Shown: positions 39,329 through 49,589, counted from the stretch's first letter. The stretch: DNA of 64,000 nucleotides from an uncultured SAR86 cluster bacterium (GCA_902553315.1 CACDKN010000001.1:216145-280144); one strand, 5' to 3'. Translations and numbers: made by a program. Notes: generated by a model not told the origin, from the letters alone.

Positions 39329-39943
39329 ATGATAAAAATTTGGGCAACAGAAAGTTCAAGGGCGATGAGACCAATCTGGACGGCTGAAGAAATGGGTCTA
39401 AATTATGAATTAACAATGATGCCTTTTCCTCCAAGAGTATTCATGAAAGAGTATCTCGAGGTAAATATGCTTGGAACAATTCCTTACATGATCGACGGAG
39501 ATGTGAAAATGACTGAATCGGTTGCAATGTCTCAATATCTGGTAGAAAAATATGGTCCGTCTGACTTAAGAGTGATGCCAGATGAAAAGGATTATCCCAC
39601 TTATTTGAATTGGCTTTATCATGCTGACGCAACGTTAACTTTCCCGCAAACAGTTGTTTTGAGATATAAGCTTCAAGAGCCTGGAGTTGCAGATGCTGCG
39701 GTTGATGGTTACAGCAGATGGTTTGTTTCAAGATTGAAACTTTTAGAAACCTCTCTCGAGGGAAAAGAGTATTTATGTTCCGATAGATTTACTATTGCAG
39801 ACATATGCGTTAGTTACGCAATACTTTTGGCAGATTCTCTAGGTATACATCAAGCTTTTAAGCCAAATATAAAGCGATGGACAGATTCCCTTTTTGAAAG
39901 AGAAGCATTTAAAAAATCTAAATCTTATAAATTCGAAGAGTAA
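39329..39943 (+). CDS. glutathione S-transferase family protein
   Basis: 204 aa with a thioredoxin-like N-domain (GTIPYMIDGD..MTESVAMSQYL) and a helical C-domain. Confidence 0.75.
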   Translation: MIKIWATESSRAMRPIWTAEEMGLNYELTMMPFPPRVFMKEYLEVNMLGTIPYMIDGDVKMTESVAMSQYLVEKYGPSDLRVMPDEKDYPTYLNWLYHADATLTFPQTVVLRYKLQEPGVADAAVDGYSRWFVSRLKLLETSLEGKEYLCSDRFTIADICVSYAILLADSLGIHQAFKPNIKRWTDSLFEREAFKKSKSYKFEE

Positions 39944-39978
39944 TTAAATTATGGAAATTAAAAAAAATTGTGAAGTTT

Positions 39979-40848
39979 TTAACTCTTCGGTGGAAAGGGG
40001 ATCAAAGAGCTTGTTCTTTTTAGGTAACTCAAATAATCCTCCTCATGACCCCACTTTTGCATTCCCTGTCTTTCTAAAAGGTTAACACCACTAACCATCG
40101 TCAGTAAAAAAATTACAAAAATAGGAGAAATAAGCGCTACATATTGCCAACCTTCAATAACTGGGTAGGCAATAACGGCAATTCCAATCCATAAAACAAT
40201 TTCTCCAAAATAATTAGGGTGTCTGGACCAAGACCAAAGACCACTTTGAATAAATTTATCTGCATTTTCAGGATTATTTTTAAATTTACTTTTTTGTTGA
40301 TCTGATATTACTTCAATCACAAAACCCAACAACCAAATTATTCCACCAGTTACAGCAAAGGCGTCGATACCTATTTCTTTTTGAGAACTTAAAGCAGCAA
40401 AGGCCATTCCAGCAGTAATCAGCACCCAAAGTCCTTGAATAGTCCAGGCCATCAAAAATTGATAGAAATTGGGCTTAATATGTTTAAACCTTTTATCTTC
40501 ACCAGCATTTTTTACTCTTCTTGAAAGAAATAAACCTAATCTGCTTGCCCAGATTAAAATAAGCGAACAAATTAATACGTCTCTTAAATTTATCTCTTGG
40601 GAAAATAAGGTAACTAATAAAATAGCGGTTATATAAGTCATTGAGCCAGTCAGATCGTAATAATGCTCGGTTTGATAGACATAAGAAGGAATAAAAATTA
40701 TCCACTGCAAGATAAATATATACAGAGTAACAATATACATTATTGGTATGTCCGCAAAGAGAACAGAGTTTGCAGAAATAGCTAAAGTGAAAAGAAAGCC
40801 AATTGAGATAGAAAGAAGCGTAAAAAATATTGAAGAAAAAGGCTTCAT
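39979..40848 (-). CDS. DUF1295 / steroid-5-alpha-reductase-like membrane protein
   Basis: 289 aa, polytopic, with the WSWSRHPNYFGE motif. Confidence 0.7.
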   Translation of the reverse strand: MKPFSSIFFTLLSISIGFLFTLAISANSVLFADIPIMYIVTLYIFILQWIIFIPSYVYQTEHYYDLTGSMTYITAILLVTLFSQEINLRDVLICSLILIWASRLGLFLSRRVKNAGEDKRFKHIKPNFYQFLMAWTIQGLWVLITAGMAFAALSSQKEIGIDAFAVTGGIIWLLGFVIEVISDQQKSKFKNNPENADKFIQSGLWSWSRHPNYFGEIVLWIGIAVIAYPVIEGWQYVALISPIFVIFLLTMVSGVNLLERQGMQKWGHEEDYLSYLKRTSSLIPFPPKS

Positions 40849-40907
40849 ATTTTGCCAGTATAAACTTAATATAGATTGAAAGGAAAATTAAAAAAGAAAG
40901 GAGAAAT

Positions 40908-42050
40908 ATGATGAAATCACCCATTTGTGAGATGTTAGAAATTGAATTTCCTCTGGTAGCTTTCTCGCATTGCCGAGACGTAGTAGTTGCTGTTTCGAAA
41001 GCAGGGGGCTGCGGTGTTCTTGGAGCTGTTGGAATGTCGCCGGAACAACTTGAAAAAGAATTGAAATGGATCGATGATCACATTGATGGAAAGCCTTATG
41101 GAGTCGACGTCCTCATTCCAAACAAAATGGTTGGCAAGGATGAAAAATTTGATCCTGAAAAATTGGCAAAAATGATACCTCAAGAATATGCTGATTTTAG
41201 GGCCGATGTTTTAGAAAAACATGGTATTGATTCTCCTGAATTAAGAGAAATAGATACCGCAGGATCAGGATTTGCTGAAAATACTCAATCCGATGGAGCT
41301 AAAGCTCTGCTAGACGTTGCCTTTAATCATCCCATAAAAATTATTGCCAATGCTCTTGGAGTTCCGCCAGATTGGATGATTGAGATGGGCAAAGAGAATA
41401 ATTGCAAGGTGGCAGCTTTATTGGGAACAGCAAAACACGCTATCAATCAGGTGAAAGCCGGAGTTGATATTCTTGTCGTTTCTGGAACTGAAGCTGGAGG
41501 ACACTGTGGGAGTGTTTCTACGATGGTTTTGATCCCTGAAGTGCACGAAGCTATTCAACCTTACGGAGATGTACCTATTTTGGCTGCTGGTGGAATTGTG
41601 ACTGGTAAACAGATGGCTGCTGCTATGGCAATGGGTGCGTCAGGGGCCTGGTGTGGATCGGTTTGGTTGACCACAATCGAGTCTGAAGTTGATCCAATTG
41701 TAAAAGAGAAAATGGTGGCTGCTAATTCAAGTCAAACGGTAAGATCCAGAAGCAGAACTGGTAAGCATTCAAGGCAATTAGTGACACCTTGGACGGAAGC
41801 ATGGGAATCAGAGACGGCTCCAGAACCTTTACCGATGCCTTTACAACCAATGGTTGCTGAGCCAGCATTGCAAAAAGTTAATAAACTGGCAGCAGGAGGG
41901 CACGATGGTGCAAAAGATCTTGCAACTTATTGGGTTGGCCAAGGCGTTGGATTAATGAACCAAAGTATCTCAGCTAGTGACGTAGTCCAAGAGTTTAAAG
42001 AAGATTTTATAAATGCTTATGAAAGGCTTGATAATTTTCTAGGAAACTAA
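40908..42050 (+). CDS. nitronate monooxygenase family flavoprotein (second paralogue)
   Basis: 380 aa with GGCGVLGAVG, VSGTEAGGH and AAGGIVTG. Confidence 0.8.
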   Translation: MMKSPICEMLEIEFPLVAFSHCRDVVVAVSKAGGCGVLGAVGMSPEQLEKELKWIDDHIDGKPYGVDVLIPNKMVGKDEKFDPEKLAKMIPQEYADFRADVLEKHGIDSPELREIDTAGSGFAENTQSDGAKALLDVAFNHPIKIIANALGVPPDWMIEMGKENNCKVAALLGTAKHAINQVKAGVDILVVSGTEAGGHCGSVSTMVLIPEVHEAIQPYGDVPILAAGGIVTGKQMAAAMAMGASGAWCGSVWLTTIESEVDPIVKEKMVAANSSQTVRSRSRTGKHSRQLVTPWTEAWESETAPEPLPMPLQPMVAEPALQKVNKLAAGGHDGAKDLATYWVGQGVGLMNQSISASDVVQEFKEDFINAYERLDNFLGN

Positions 42051-42053
42051 ATC

Positions 42054-42530
42054 TTAGTTTAAGTTTAAGATTTCCGATTTTAGACCTTCGATTACTTTAT
42101 GGTAGCCACCTTCTTTGGTTCTAAAATCGTTGGTAAAACCATCTAGAACCTTCATCAAGGAATCTTCGGAATTTCCTAAGACTTGGAAATCTTTGAGTTC
42201 AAAAATTTCAAAGAATTCTTTTTCCCAATCACTTCCTTGAAATTGTTCTACGTGAAAAACTGCAGCGTTATTATTTTTATAAACTTCGTATAAAAAAACT
42301 TTTTTATTGTCTGGAGAAAAATAATATTGATAAATTAAAGTATTGGGTTCATTTTTTTTTACATTATCCGAAATCGCATAAGTGAATTCCTTTGCGGCTT
42401 GTTCTTTTCCTTCTAATACCGATAAGTCAATTTGAAAAATAATTGGATCAAGTTTTTTATGATCCATAGAAAAAGTGTTCAAAGAAAATATAAATAAAAG
42501 TGCTACAAAGTATTTCATAATGTTTTCCAT
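42054..42530 (-). CDS. secreted ABM-like domain protein, unknown function
   Basis: 158 aa with a signal peptide after MENIM. The ABM-like segment is LIYQYYFSPDNKKVFLYEVYKNNNAAVFHVEQF. Confidence 0.4.
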   Translation of the reverse strand: MENIMKYFVALLFIFSLNTFSMDHKKLDPIIFQIDLSVLEGKEQAAKEFTYAISDNVKKNEPNTLIYQYYFSPDNKKVFLYEVYKNNNAAVFHVEQFQGSDWEKEFFEIFELKDFQVLGNSEDSLMKVLDGFTNDFRTKEGGYHKVIEGLKSEILNLN

Positions 42531-42534
42531 AAAA

Positions 42535-43293
42535 TTAGCTATTCCACCAAGAAGTGTCAGAAAATGATCTTATATCAATCTCATGAGTCCAAGTAGATTT
42601 TTTTTGTTTCGCAATAAAAAGGTAAGTTTCAGCTACTTCCTCAGGAATTATCATACCGTTTTCACCTTTCTTTTCTTTGAACTGCTCAAATAATTCAGGG
42701 CCTAACATTTTTCCTAAAGTATCTGGAGCATCTACAGCGCCATCAATAATAATATGGGCTACGTGAATTCCATCTTTTGCAAACTCAGCGTTCAAGGATT
42801 GACACAGCATTCGTCTTCCACCCATCGCAGCAGCATGAGAATGTTGACCACCATTACCGCGAACTGCCGATGTTGCTGAGGTAACAATAATGTTGCCAGA
42901 TTGTCTTTCTTTCATCTTTGGGGTGAGTACTTGGGCGAGCCTGAACAAACCAAAAGTCGCCATGCGCCAGCCCATTTCGAAAGCTTTATAACTAGTATCG
43001 GCCAAAGCTCGATCCCCAATTTGTGCGCCAATGTTATAAATTACCGTATCAATAGGACCAATTTCTGATTCAATTTTATTTACTAAATCTTCGATAGAAC
43101 TTTCCTCTATAACATTCAAAAGCGAACCTGAAGCCTTGCCGCCTGCGTCTTCTATTTCTTTTATAAGTCTTTTTAAACCCTCTTCATCGGTCCTCCTCGC
43201 AAGGTATGCATGATAACCATCGGAGGCAAATTTTTTAGCCACTGTTCCCCCAATACCAGCACCGGCTCCAATCACTAAACAAACTTTTTCCAT
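42535..43293 (-). CDS. short-chain dehydrogenase/reductase (SDR)
   Basis: 252 aa with the VIGAGAGIGG cofactor motif. Confidence 0.8.
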   Translation of the reverse strand: MEKVCLVIGAGAGIGGTVAKKFASDGYHAYLARRTDEEGLKRLIKEIEDAGGKASGSLLNVIEESSIEDLVNKIESEIGPIDTVIYNIGAQIGDRALADTSYKAFEMGWRMATFGLFRLAQVLTPKMKERQSGNIIVTSATSAVRGNGGQHSHAAAMGGRRMLCQSLNAEFAKDGIHVAHIIIDGAVDAPDTLGKMLGPELFEQFKEKKGENGMIIPEEVAETYLFIAKQKKSTWTHEIDIRSFSDTSWWNS

Positions 43294-43310
43294 AATTTAT
43301 TTAAAGCTCC

Positions 43311-44441
43311 TCACATTGCATCTAAAAATAATCTTTCCCATTCTTCAGGATTAGGTAATCTTGGCGTTGTCACGTTACTGGGATCAGTTATCGAGTGTTT
43401 TACAAGTTCAGGAATCATATCTTCGGTAACTCCCATTTCTTTTAGTCCCCCGGGCAAACCAATTTTTTCATTTAATTTCTCAATTTCAATCGCAAGGTCT
43501 GCCGATGCATTTTTCCCCATTGCTTGCGCAATTCTTGGATACTTGTCACCCACATGATCTTTATTAAATCTCAATACGGTAGGTAATATAACTCCATTTA
43601 GAGTTCCGTGGTGCAACCTTAGTTCTTGATCAGCACCAATGGCATGACTCATGGAATGAACTGCTCCCAGTCCTTTTGAAAATGCCATAGCTCCTTCAGT
43701 TGAGGCCATCATCATATTCCATCTCGCATCCTTATCCTGACCGTCTTCACAAGCTCTGACAAGACTTTCTTTCTTAACTATTTTTTCAATACCATCTAAG
43801 CCAACTGCTTCGGCTGGTGGATCGTTAATTGGTGACATGATAGCTTCTATACAATGAGTTAAAGCATCCATTCCTGCTCCGGCTGTCAAGATTGGCGGCA
43901 AGCCTAGTGTAAGTTCTGGGTCGCATATTGCAGCGGCTGGTCTTAAATGTTCACTTGCTAAAATAAGTTTCCTGCCATCATTCATAATAATTACAGAACC
44001 AACCGAAACTTCACTTCCTGTTCCAGAAGTTGTTGGAATAGCTATCATTGGAACGGTTTTATTTATCTTTCCAAAACCTCCTTCATTCAGAGAATAGTCC
44101 ACTACATCTCCTTCATGATTAGCCATCAAGGCAACAGCTTTGCCGAGGTCCATGCTGGATCCACCACCAAATCCGATTACACCATCACATTCGTTTGTTT
44201 TATAAGCGTCCAGCGCTTCATTTACTGCCTTCTCTGTAGGATTTGCCGGAGTTTCTTCGTAAAATGTAGGAGAAAGTTCATTTGACAAAAGATTTCTAAT
44301 CTTATCTGTCATCCCAATAGATGAGAGCCCGGGGTCCGTACAAATGAGAGGTTTTTTTATTCCATGAGCCTTTAAAATCTCTGAAATTTTCTTCAAAGAT
44401 CCATTTTCGAAGTGAGGTTTATTAAAAAAATTTAGCTGCAT
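43311..44441 (-). CDS. iron-containing (group III) alcohol dehydrogenase
   Basis: 376 aa with GFGGGSSMDLGKA and the His cluster HAIGA...HG. Confidence 0.85.
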   Translation of the reverse strand: MQLNFFNKPHFENGSLKKISEILKAHGIKKPLICTDPGLSSIGMTDKIRNLLSNELSPTFYEETPANPTEKAVNEALDAYKTNECDGVIGFGGGSSMDLGKAVALMANHEGDVVDYSLNEGGFGKINKTVPMIAIPTTSGTGSEVSVGSVIIMNDGRKLILASEHLRPAAAICDPELTLGLPPILTAGAGMDALTHCIEAIMSPINDPPAEAVGLDGIEKIVKKESLVRACEDGQDKDARWNMMMASTEGAMAFSKGLGAVHSMSHAIGADQELRLHHGTLNGVILPTVLRFNKDHVGDKYPRIAQAMGKNASADLAIEIEKLNEKIGLPGGLKEMGVTEDMIPELVKHSITDPSNVTTPRLPNPEEWERLFLDAM

Positions 44442-44442
44442 T

Positions 44443-44745
44443 TTATCCCAAGCTTTTGATCACAGATAAATTATGCATTATTGAATTTGGATGTCTGTGT
44501 TCTTTCGAAAGGTTTTGATATTCCTCATCGTTATACCACTTGTCAAACTCGTCTTTTGAATTAAATGTCCACATTGCAACTCGACCTTTTAAACCCTCGC
44601 CTTCAATTTTTTCTGGAGCATCATCAAAGGTTATAAATTCACCACCATGTTTTTTTAAAATCCCAAAAAAACCTTTTTCATAGTTACGAAAATTCTCGGC
44701 ATCTTTAATTTCAAAATTTGCAATCACGTATACTTTACTTGACAT
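44443..44745 (-). CDS. DUF1330 domain protein
   Basis: 100 aa with the family-typical N-terminal VYVIANFEIKD...HGGEF pattern. Confidence 0.6.
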   Translation of the reverse strand: MSSKVYVIANFEIKDAENFRNYEKGFFGILKKHGGEFITFDDAPEKIEGEGLKGRVAMWTFNSKDEFDKWYNDEEYQNLSKEHRHPNSIMHNLSVIKSLG

Positions 44746-44878
44746 AGTCTTACCCCATACTTTCGACGAATAAATATCTTAACAAAAAAAACAAGATTTT
44801 TTCTTTATATTAATTTACCGACTCAAAGGCGGCTTAATTGTCTTTAATTCAGAAACAATAATCAGTAATATTTAAGAG

Positions 44879-44893
44879 AATTGCTTAGCAATT
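44879..44893. promoter_or_regulatory. perfect 15-bp palindrome AATTGCTTAGCAATT upstream of the TonB-dependent receptor gene; candidate operator
   Basis: Read directly as 7+1+7 perfect dyad symmetry ending 21 nt before the ATG at 44915. The cognate regulator is unknown. Confidence 0.25.
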
Positions 44894-44914
44894 TATACAT
44901 ATGGGGGAAAATAA

Positions 44915-47419
44915 ATGAAAATTTTTAAGCTATGTTTAATGGCAGCGCCGTTAATCACGTCTTTATATGCATTTTCACAAGATGCAGTTTTAGAAGAGTT
45001 GGTAGTTACCGCTCAAAAAAGAGAATCAACTTTAATGGATACGTCAGCTGCTTTGGTTGCTGTTTCAGGAGAAGATCTTGATCAGGCCGGAGTAAACGCA
45101 ATTGACGACATTGCTCTTTTAACTCCTGACGTTCAAGTCTCTGGAGAAGGAAAAGCCAGAATGGGAGTAAGAATAAGAGGTGTAGGAACCTATGGTTTTG
45201 ATATTGCTGTTGACCCATCTGTTGCCATGGTTGTAGATGGAGTAACTCAGCCAAGAGTTTCTACTTTTATGAACGGATTCGATGACATTGAAAGATTAGA
45301 AATCCTAAAAGGACCACAAGGAGCAATTTATGGAACTAATGCTTTAGGTGGAATCGTAAACATTGTTACAAAAAAACCAACCCAAGAACAATCCGCTCGA
45401 ATAAAAGTCAAAGGTGGAAACAATGGTAGACAAGATTTAAATTTAAGTCTGCAAGGTGGAATTAATGATGCCGTATCTGCTAGATTTAATCTAATTAGAG
45501 AAGTCGATGAGGGAGTTTCATTTGACCCTAATTCTGGCCAAGACGATGGAGTCCATTTGTCTGGTTATAGGCTTTCTTTTTATGGAGAAGCTGGAGCCAC
45601 GGAATGGAATTTGAAAATGGCTAATACTTTGCTTGAGCAAGACGCAACTATTTCTGAAGTAGCTTTTCTTTGTAATTCAAAAGCACCCGGTCAAGCAGCT
45701 GAATATTTTGGAGTTGCTGGGTTACCTCCAAATAATACCAATGGAGATGTTTGTTCAGCTAATGCAGCTCCGTCTTCCTATCAGACTTTAGGAACAGCAA
45801 ATATGTCAAACCCTTTAGTAGTAGCTGCACTTTCGGATCAGTACAGCCAAGCGATGACTATTTCTGGTTTTAATGTAGTTGAAACAACGGATGTCTCTTT
45901 TTCTTCAACAACTGATCTTGGTGGAATGTCATTGACTTCAGTCCTTGGATACCAAAAGGTTAATTCCTTTGAAGACAGAGATTTTGACCAATTAGATCTT
46001 AATGCAATATTTCAAGAACATGCTGCGGATACTGAAACTACTTCTCTTGAGCTCAGACTTGATTCAGATCCTTCTGATGAAATCGAATGGTCTGTAGGGG
46101 TTTATGCAATGAGAGATGAAGGTTCAAGATTAGATACGTTTGCCTCTGGAAATCAAAGTAGTTTTGCTGCCGCCTTTGGATTAGGAGCAGCTGCAGCTGC
46201 AGTCTCTACAGCTAACACTACCGAAGCTGCTGCAGGAGATTACGCAATTGGTGTTAATCCAAGAGCTGTGCCAAATATCATTGCAGCATATCAAGCTTGT
46301 GCCGCTGCAGGAAACTGTAGAGCTTTCTTGAATCCAACTACTCAAAGACCTGTTCCATTTGGTGAGTTTGTCGATGCTATTGATGTTGCAAATTTAAACC
46401 AAGCTTTAAATGGAGAGTGGACAAGTTCAGTAAATGTAGATTTGGACACCGAATCAAATGCAATTTTTGCCAATGTTAAATTTCCTCTAACAGAGCAGCT
46501 TAATTTATTACTAGCAGGAAGATATACTGACCATGACAAGCCTTATACTTACACCGGTTCAACAAATGCTCTTAGAGTACCTTTCGTATCTGCTCCATTT
46601 GTAGTAAATAATGGTTCCTTTCATGAAGAATTTAATCCCAAAGCAACTCTTGAATATGTCGGTGATGATAGTTTAGCTTGGCTAACTTTTGCCGCTGGAT
46701 TTAAAGCAGGAAGCGTTGGATTTGCTAACTTCAGCGCATCTGCGGCAGATACGCCTGCTGCCATGGAAGAACTTGAAATGATTGAATTGGGTTATAAAGC
46801 AACTCTTCAAGATGGTAGAAGTCAATTAGAAGCCATTGCTTACACTTACGATTATACCGATCATCAACAATTGTTAGTTTGTACCACTGCGGCTGGTCCT
46901 GCAGGTTGTGTTAAGACTGGAGACGCAACAATCAATGGTCTTGATTTAGCCTACAGAACGGCTTTAACTTCGCAAACAAGATTTTCCGTTGCTTATTCTT
47001 ACATTGATGCCAGTTGGGATAGATTCTTAGATGATAGAGATCCCTCTGCAGCAGTAAACCTTGCCGGGAAACAAATGCCTCAAAGTGCTGAAAACAACTT
47101 AAACGTTAGCGTCGAACATGTGCAACCAGTTGCAGCTGGCGACATTGTTTACAGTCTTGCGGCAGCTTATAAAGATGATTACGTTTTAGGACTAGATCCT
47201 TGGACAAATGTTAATGATGTTCAAGATTTCACAATGGTTAATTTAAATATAACTCTTGAAAGAGCAGGCAACTTTGACATTGGCTTTTTCTGCACTAACT
47301 GTAGTGATTTTGAGTACAAGCGAGTAGCGCTTGAACTTGGAAGAGGCGGTGGTGGAGGCCAGCGTTATGCTATGGCCGACGGAAGAAGATACGGTATTGA
47401 AGCAACAAGTAACTTTTAA
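44915..47419 (+). CDS. TonB-dependent receptor
   Basis: 834 aa with a signal peptide, a plug region (ELVVTAQKRESTLMDTSAAL) and a C-terminal aromatic end (...ATSNF). Confidence 0.85.
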   Translation: MKIFKLCLMAAPLITSLYAFSQDAVLEELVVTAQKRESTLMDTSAALVAVSGEDLDQAGVNAIDDIALLTPDVQVSGEGKARMGVRIRGVGTYGFDIAVDPSVAMVVDGVTQPRVSTFMNGFDDIERLEILKGPQGAIYGTNALGGIVNIVTKKPTQEQSARIKVKGGNNGRQDLNLSLQGGINDAVSARFNLIREVDEGVSFDPNSGQDDGVHLSGYRLSFYGEAGATEWNLKMANTLLEQDATISEVAFLCNSKAPGQAAEYFGVAGLPPNNTNGDVCSANAAPSSYQTLGTANMSNPLVVAALSDQYSQAMTISGFNVVETTDVSFSSTTDLGGMSLTSVLGYQKVNSFEDRDFDQLDLNAIFQEHAADTETTSLELRLDSDPSDEIEWSVGVYAMRDEGSRLDTFASGNQSSFAAAFGLGAAAAAVSTANTTEAAAGDYAIGVNPRAVPNIIAAYQACAAAGNCRAFLNPTTQRPVPFGEFVDAIDVANLNQALNGEWTSSVNVDLDTESNAIFANVKFPLTEQLNLLLAGRYTDHDKPYTYTGSTNALRVPFVSAPFVVNNGSFHEEFNPKATLEYVGDDSLAWLTFAAGFKAGSVGFANFSASAADTPAAMEELEMIELGYKATLQDGRSQLEAIAYTYDYTDHQQLLVCTTAAGPAGCVKTGDATINGLDLAYRTALTSQTRFSVAYSYIDASWDRFLDDRDPSAAVNLAGKQMPQSAENNLNVSVEHVQPVAAGDIVYSLAAAYKDDYVLGLDPWTNVNDVQDFTMVNLNITLERAGNFDIGFFCTNCSDFEYKRVALELGRGGGGGQRYAMADGRRYGIEATSNF

Positions 47420-47430
47420 GTTTATTCATC

Positions 47431-47463
47431 AAAAAGGCGTCTATGGAATTAGACGCCTTTTTT
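47431..47463. terminator. bidirectional rho-independent terminator
   Basis: Sequence AAAAA-GGCGTCT-atggaatt-AGACGCC-TTTTTT. A 7-bp GC-rich stem is flanked by an A-run and a T-run, between the convergent receptor gene and the regulator gene. The T-run overlaps the regulator's stop codon. Confidence 0.7.
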
Positions 47464-47947
47464 AATTTCTATTTTCCAATTCTTCAATTATATTTCTTAA
47501 TTCTTCTGCGGAAATATTAAGATTCTTTTCGTAAACCTCTTTAACTCCCTCTCCTAATGAATTCATAAGCACCTCCATTAAGGAAAGATGCATCGCTATC
47601 ATAGAAAAAGTCTCTTCAGTTGGGTGATACTCAATTACTCTTTTGTCTTTACTAGGTTTTTTAACAAAGTAGTTAGCTTTAGTCGATCTGCTAATTAATC
47701 TTTCAATACTCCTTGTATTTAAATTAGTCACGCCAACCAAATCACTCATCGTGAAATAACCTTTTGTTACAAATTTAGAAATCATAATTAATCTGATGAG
47801 TTCATACCTACTATCATTCACATAAACCTGATTCCAATCTGAAGTTTCAGCAAATTTAGAAAACACTTCATATTTTGATAATTCAAAATGAAGCATAGCT
47901 TCTGATAATGCTTTTAGTTTTGATAGGTCTTTCAATTTATTGCTCAT
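47462..47947 (-). CDS. winged-helix (MarR-like) transcriptional regulator, tentative
   Basis: 161 aa. The central segment MSDLVGVTNLNTRSIERLISR...KDKRVIEYHPTEE looks like an HTH plus wing. It is divergent from the sulfatase gene. Confidence 0.4.
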   Translation of the reverse strand: MSNKLKDLSKLKALSEAMLHFELSKYEVFSKFAETSDWNQVYVNDSRYELIRLIMISKFVTKGYFTMSDLVGVTNLNTRSIERLISRSTKANYFVKKPSKDKRVIEYHPTEETFSMIAMHLSLMEVLMNSLGEGVKEVYEKNLNISAEELRNIIEELENRN

Positions 47948-48017
47948 AAAGATAAATCCATTTAACTTATTTGTTAGAATAGTATCTCAAAGGGGAAAAA
48001 TTCTAAAATAAAAAGTT

Positions 48018-49589
48018 ATGAAGTGGATTAAGTTTTGCGTTATTTTTTTGGCTGTATTTAGTTCATTTCTTATAAAAGCCTACGATAATCCAAACGTTTT
48101 AATAATCCTAACGGATGACCTGGGATGGGGTGATGTCTCTTATCATGGAGGCTTCATACCAACCCCAAATATTGACCAACTAGTTGAAAAAGGGATGGAA
48201 ATGAATAGATTTTATTCTAACCCTGTATGCAGTCCGACGAGAGCTTCTATGTTGACAGGTCTGCATATATTTAATCACGGTGTTGTCAGGCCTTTCATGA
48301 ATCCAGCAGCAGAACAAACGGGAATGCCTTCAGATTTGAAGATTATGCCTCAGTATTTTAAGGAGGCAGGATATCAAACAGCGTTATCGGGAAAATGGCA
48401 TCTGGGTATGGCAAAAGAAGAATTTTGGCCAACTAACAGGGGGTTTGATAGCAGTTATGGGCACATGACTGGAGGCATCGGGTATTTTGATCATACCGCC
48501 GCAGGTCGGTTGGATTGGCATAGGAATGAAAAGACATTATACGAAGAAGGGTATTCAACTGAGTTAATTGCAACCGAAGCCATTAAAATTATTCAAAATA
48601 AGGATCAAAATACACCCCTTTTTCTCTACGTAGCCTTTAACGCGCCGCACACTCCAATTCAGGCTGAACCAAAAGATATTGAAGCTTTCTCATACTTAGA
48701 AGACAAAAAAGACAGAGTCTATGCTGCCAATGTTTCTGCCTTAGATAGAGAAATAGGAAGAATAATTCAAGCCGTCGAGAGTGAAGGGATATTAGAAGAG
48801 ACTATTATCGTATTTTTTAGTGACAATGGCCCTGTTTTTGATATTGATCCGATTGTTAAAGTGATCGCACCGAATTTAATAGATGCCAAAGGTAGTACTG
48901 CTGGGTTGAGAGGCAGTAAAGTCTCAGCACTTGAAGGGGGCATCAGAGTTCCAGCAGCTATTTGGTGGAAGGGCGTGATTGAAGGCTCTAAATCTGATCA
49001 ATTTTTCTTTGTTCAAGATCTATTACCTACTTTGCTGGCTGCAGCAAATATCGAAACGGAAGGAATGGAAAAATTAGACGGCAAAAATAAATGGGACAAT
49101 CTAATTTCAAATACAGTAATCGCTCCAGAAAATGCGTTTGTTGGGGCTAGAGTAATTGCAGATGAGAGAGCTTTATTCGATGGACAATGGAAACTTTATT
49201 CATCCAGACCTCAATTGATACCTGTCTCTGCTTCTTACAGTCTATATAACATCTTGGATGATCCTTACGAAACGGTTGATCTTTCAGAAGTAGAACCTAA
49301 GATTTTTGAAAAGATGAAAAAAACTCTCTCTTCGATTGTCGAGCGAGACATTGTAGGTGACATGAATCCAGCCCATGCTTACTTGCATGGTGATGACAGA
49401 CAAGGAGGAGAATCTTTAGCTTCGCCTTGGTTGGAAGGAAATTATGAGCTCAACCCTCCACCGAATGCTATTAATACTTTTTTTATAACTTTATGGATTT
49501 TGACTTTGGCTTTCATAGAGTACCTAACGATCTTAGTATTATTAATATTGGCTCCTTTAATTTATTTTAAATTTTTCAGAAGCAAATGA
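48018..49589 (+). CDS. arylsulfatase (Cys-type formylglycine sulfatase) with C-terminal hydrophobic anchor
   Basis: 523 aa with a signal peptide, LTDDLGWGD, the CSPTRASMLTG signature and GKWHLG. The last ~45 aa are strongly hydrophobic. Confidence 0.85.
   Translation: MKWIKFCVIFLAVFSSFLIKAYDNPNVLIILTDDLGWGDVSYHGGFIPTPNIDQLVEKGMEMNRFYSNPVCSPTRASMLTGLHIFNHGVVRPFMNPAAEQTGMPSDLKIMPQYFKEAGYQTALSGKWHLGMAKEEFWPTNRGFDSSYGHMTGGIGYFDHTAAGRLDWHRNEKTLYEEGYSTELIATEAIKIIQNKDQNTPLFLYVAFNAPHTPIQAEPKDIEAFSYLEDKKDRVYAANVSALDREIGRIIQAVESEGILEETIIVFFSDNGPVFDIDPIVKVIAPNLIDAKGSTAGLRGSKVSALEGGIRVPAAIWWKGVIEGSKSDQFFFVQDLLPTLLAAANIETEGMEKLDGKNKWDNLISNTVIAPENAFVGARVIADERALFDGQWKLYSSRPQLIPVSASYSLYNILDDPYETVDLSEVEPKIFEKMKKTLSSIVERDIVGDMNPAHAYLHGDDRQGGESLASPWLEGNYELNPPPNAINTFFITLWILTLAFIEYLTILVLLILAPLIYFKFFRSK

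Noticed and set aside
40499-40924. A 141-aa minus-strand ORF overlapping the DUF1295 gene in another frame and reaching into the NMO gene start.
   Set aside because: It shares its whole length with a well-supported membrane-protein gene. Its composition (F/Y/L/N/C-rich) is that of an off-frame read, and I recognise no motif.
44746-44914. A possible riboswitch (for example cobalamin) in the 169-bp leader of the first TBDR gene.
   Set aside because: I could not find a B12-box-like conserved core or extended pairing. The region is too short and AT-rich. Only the 15-bp palindrome stands out.
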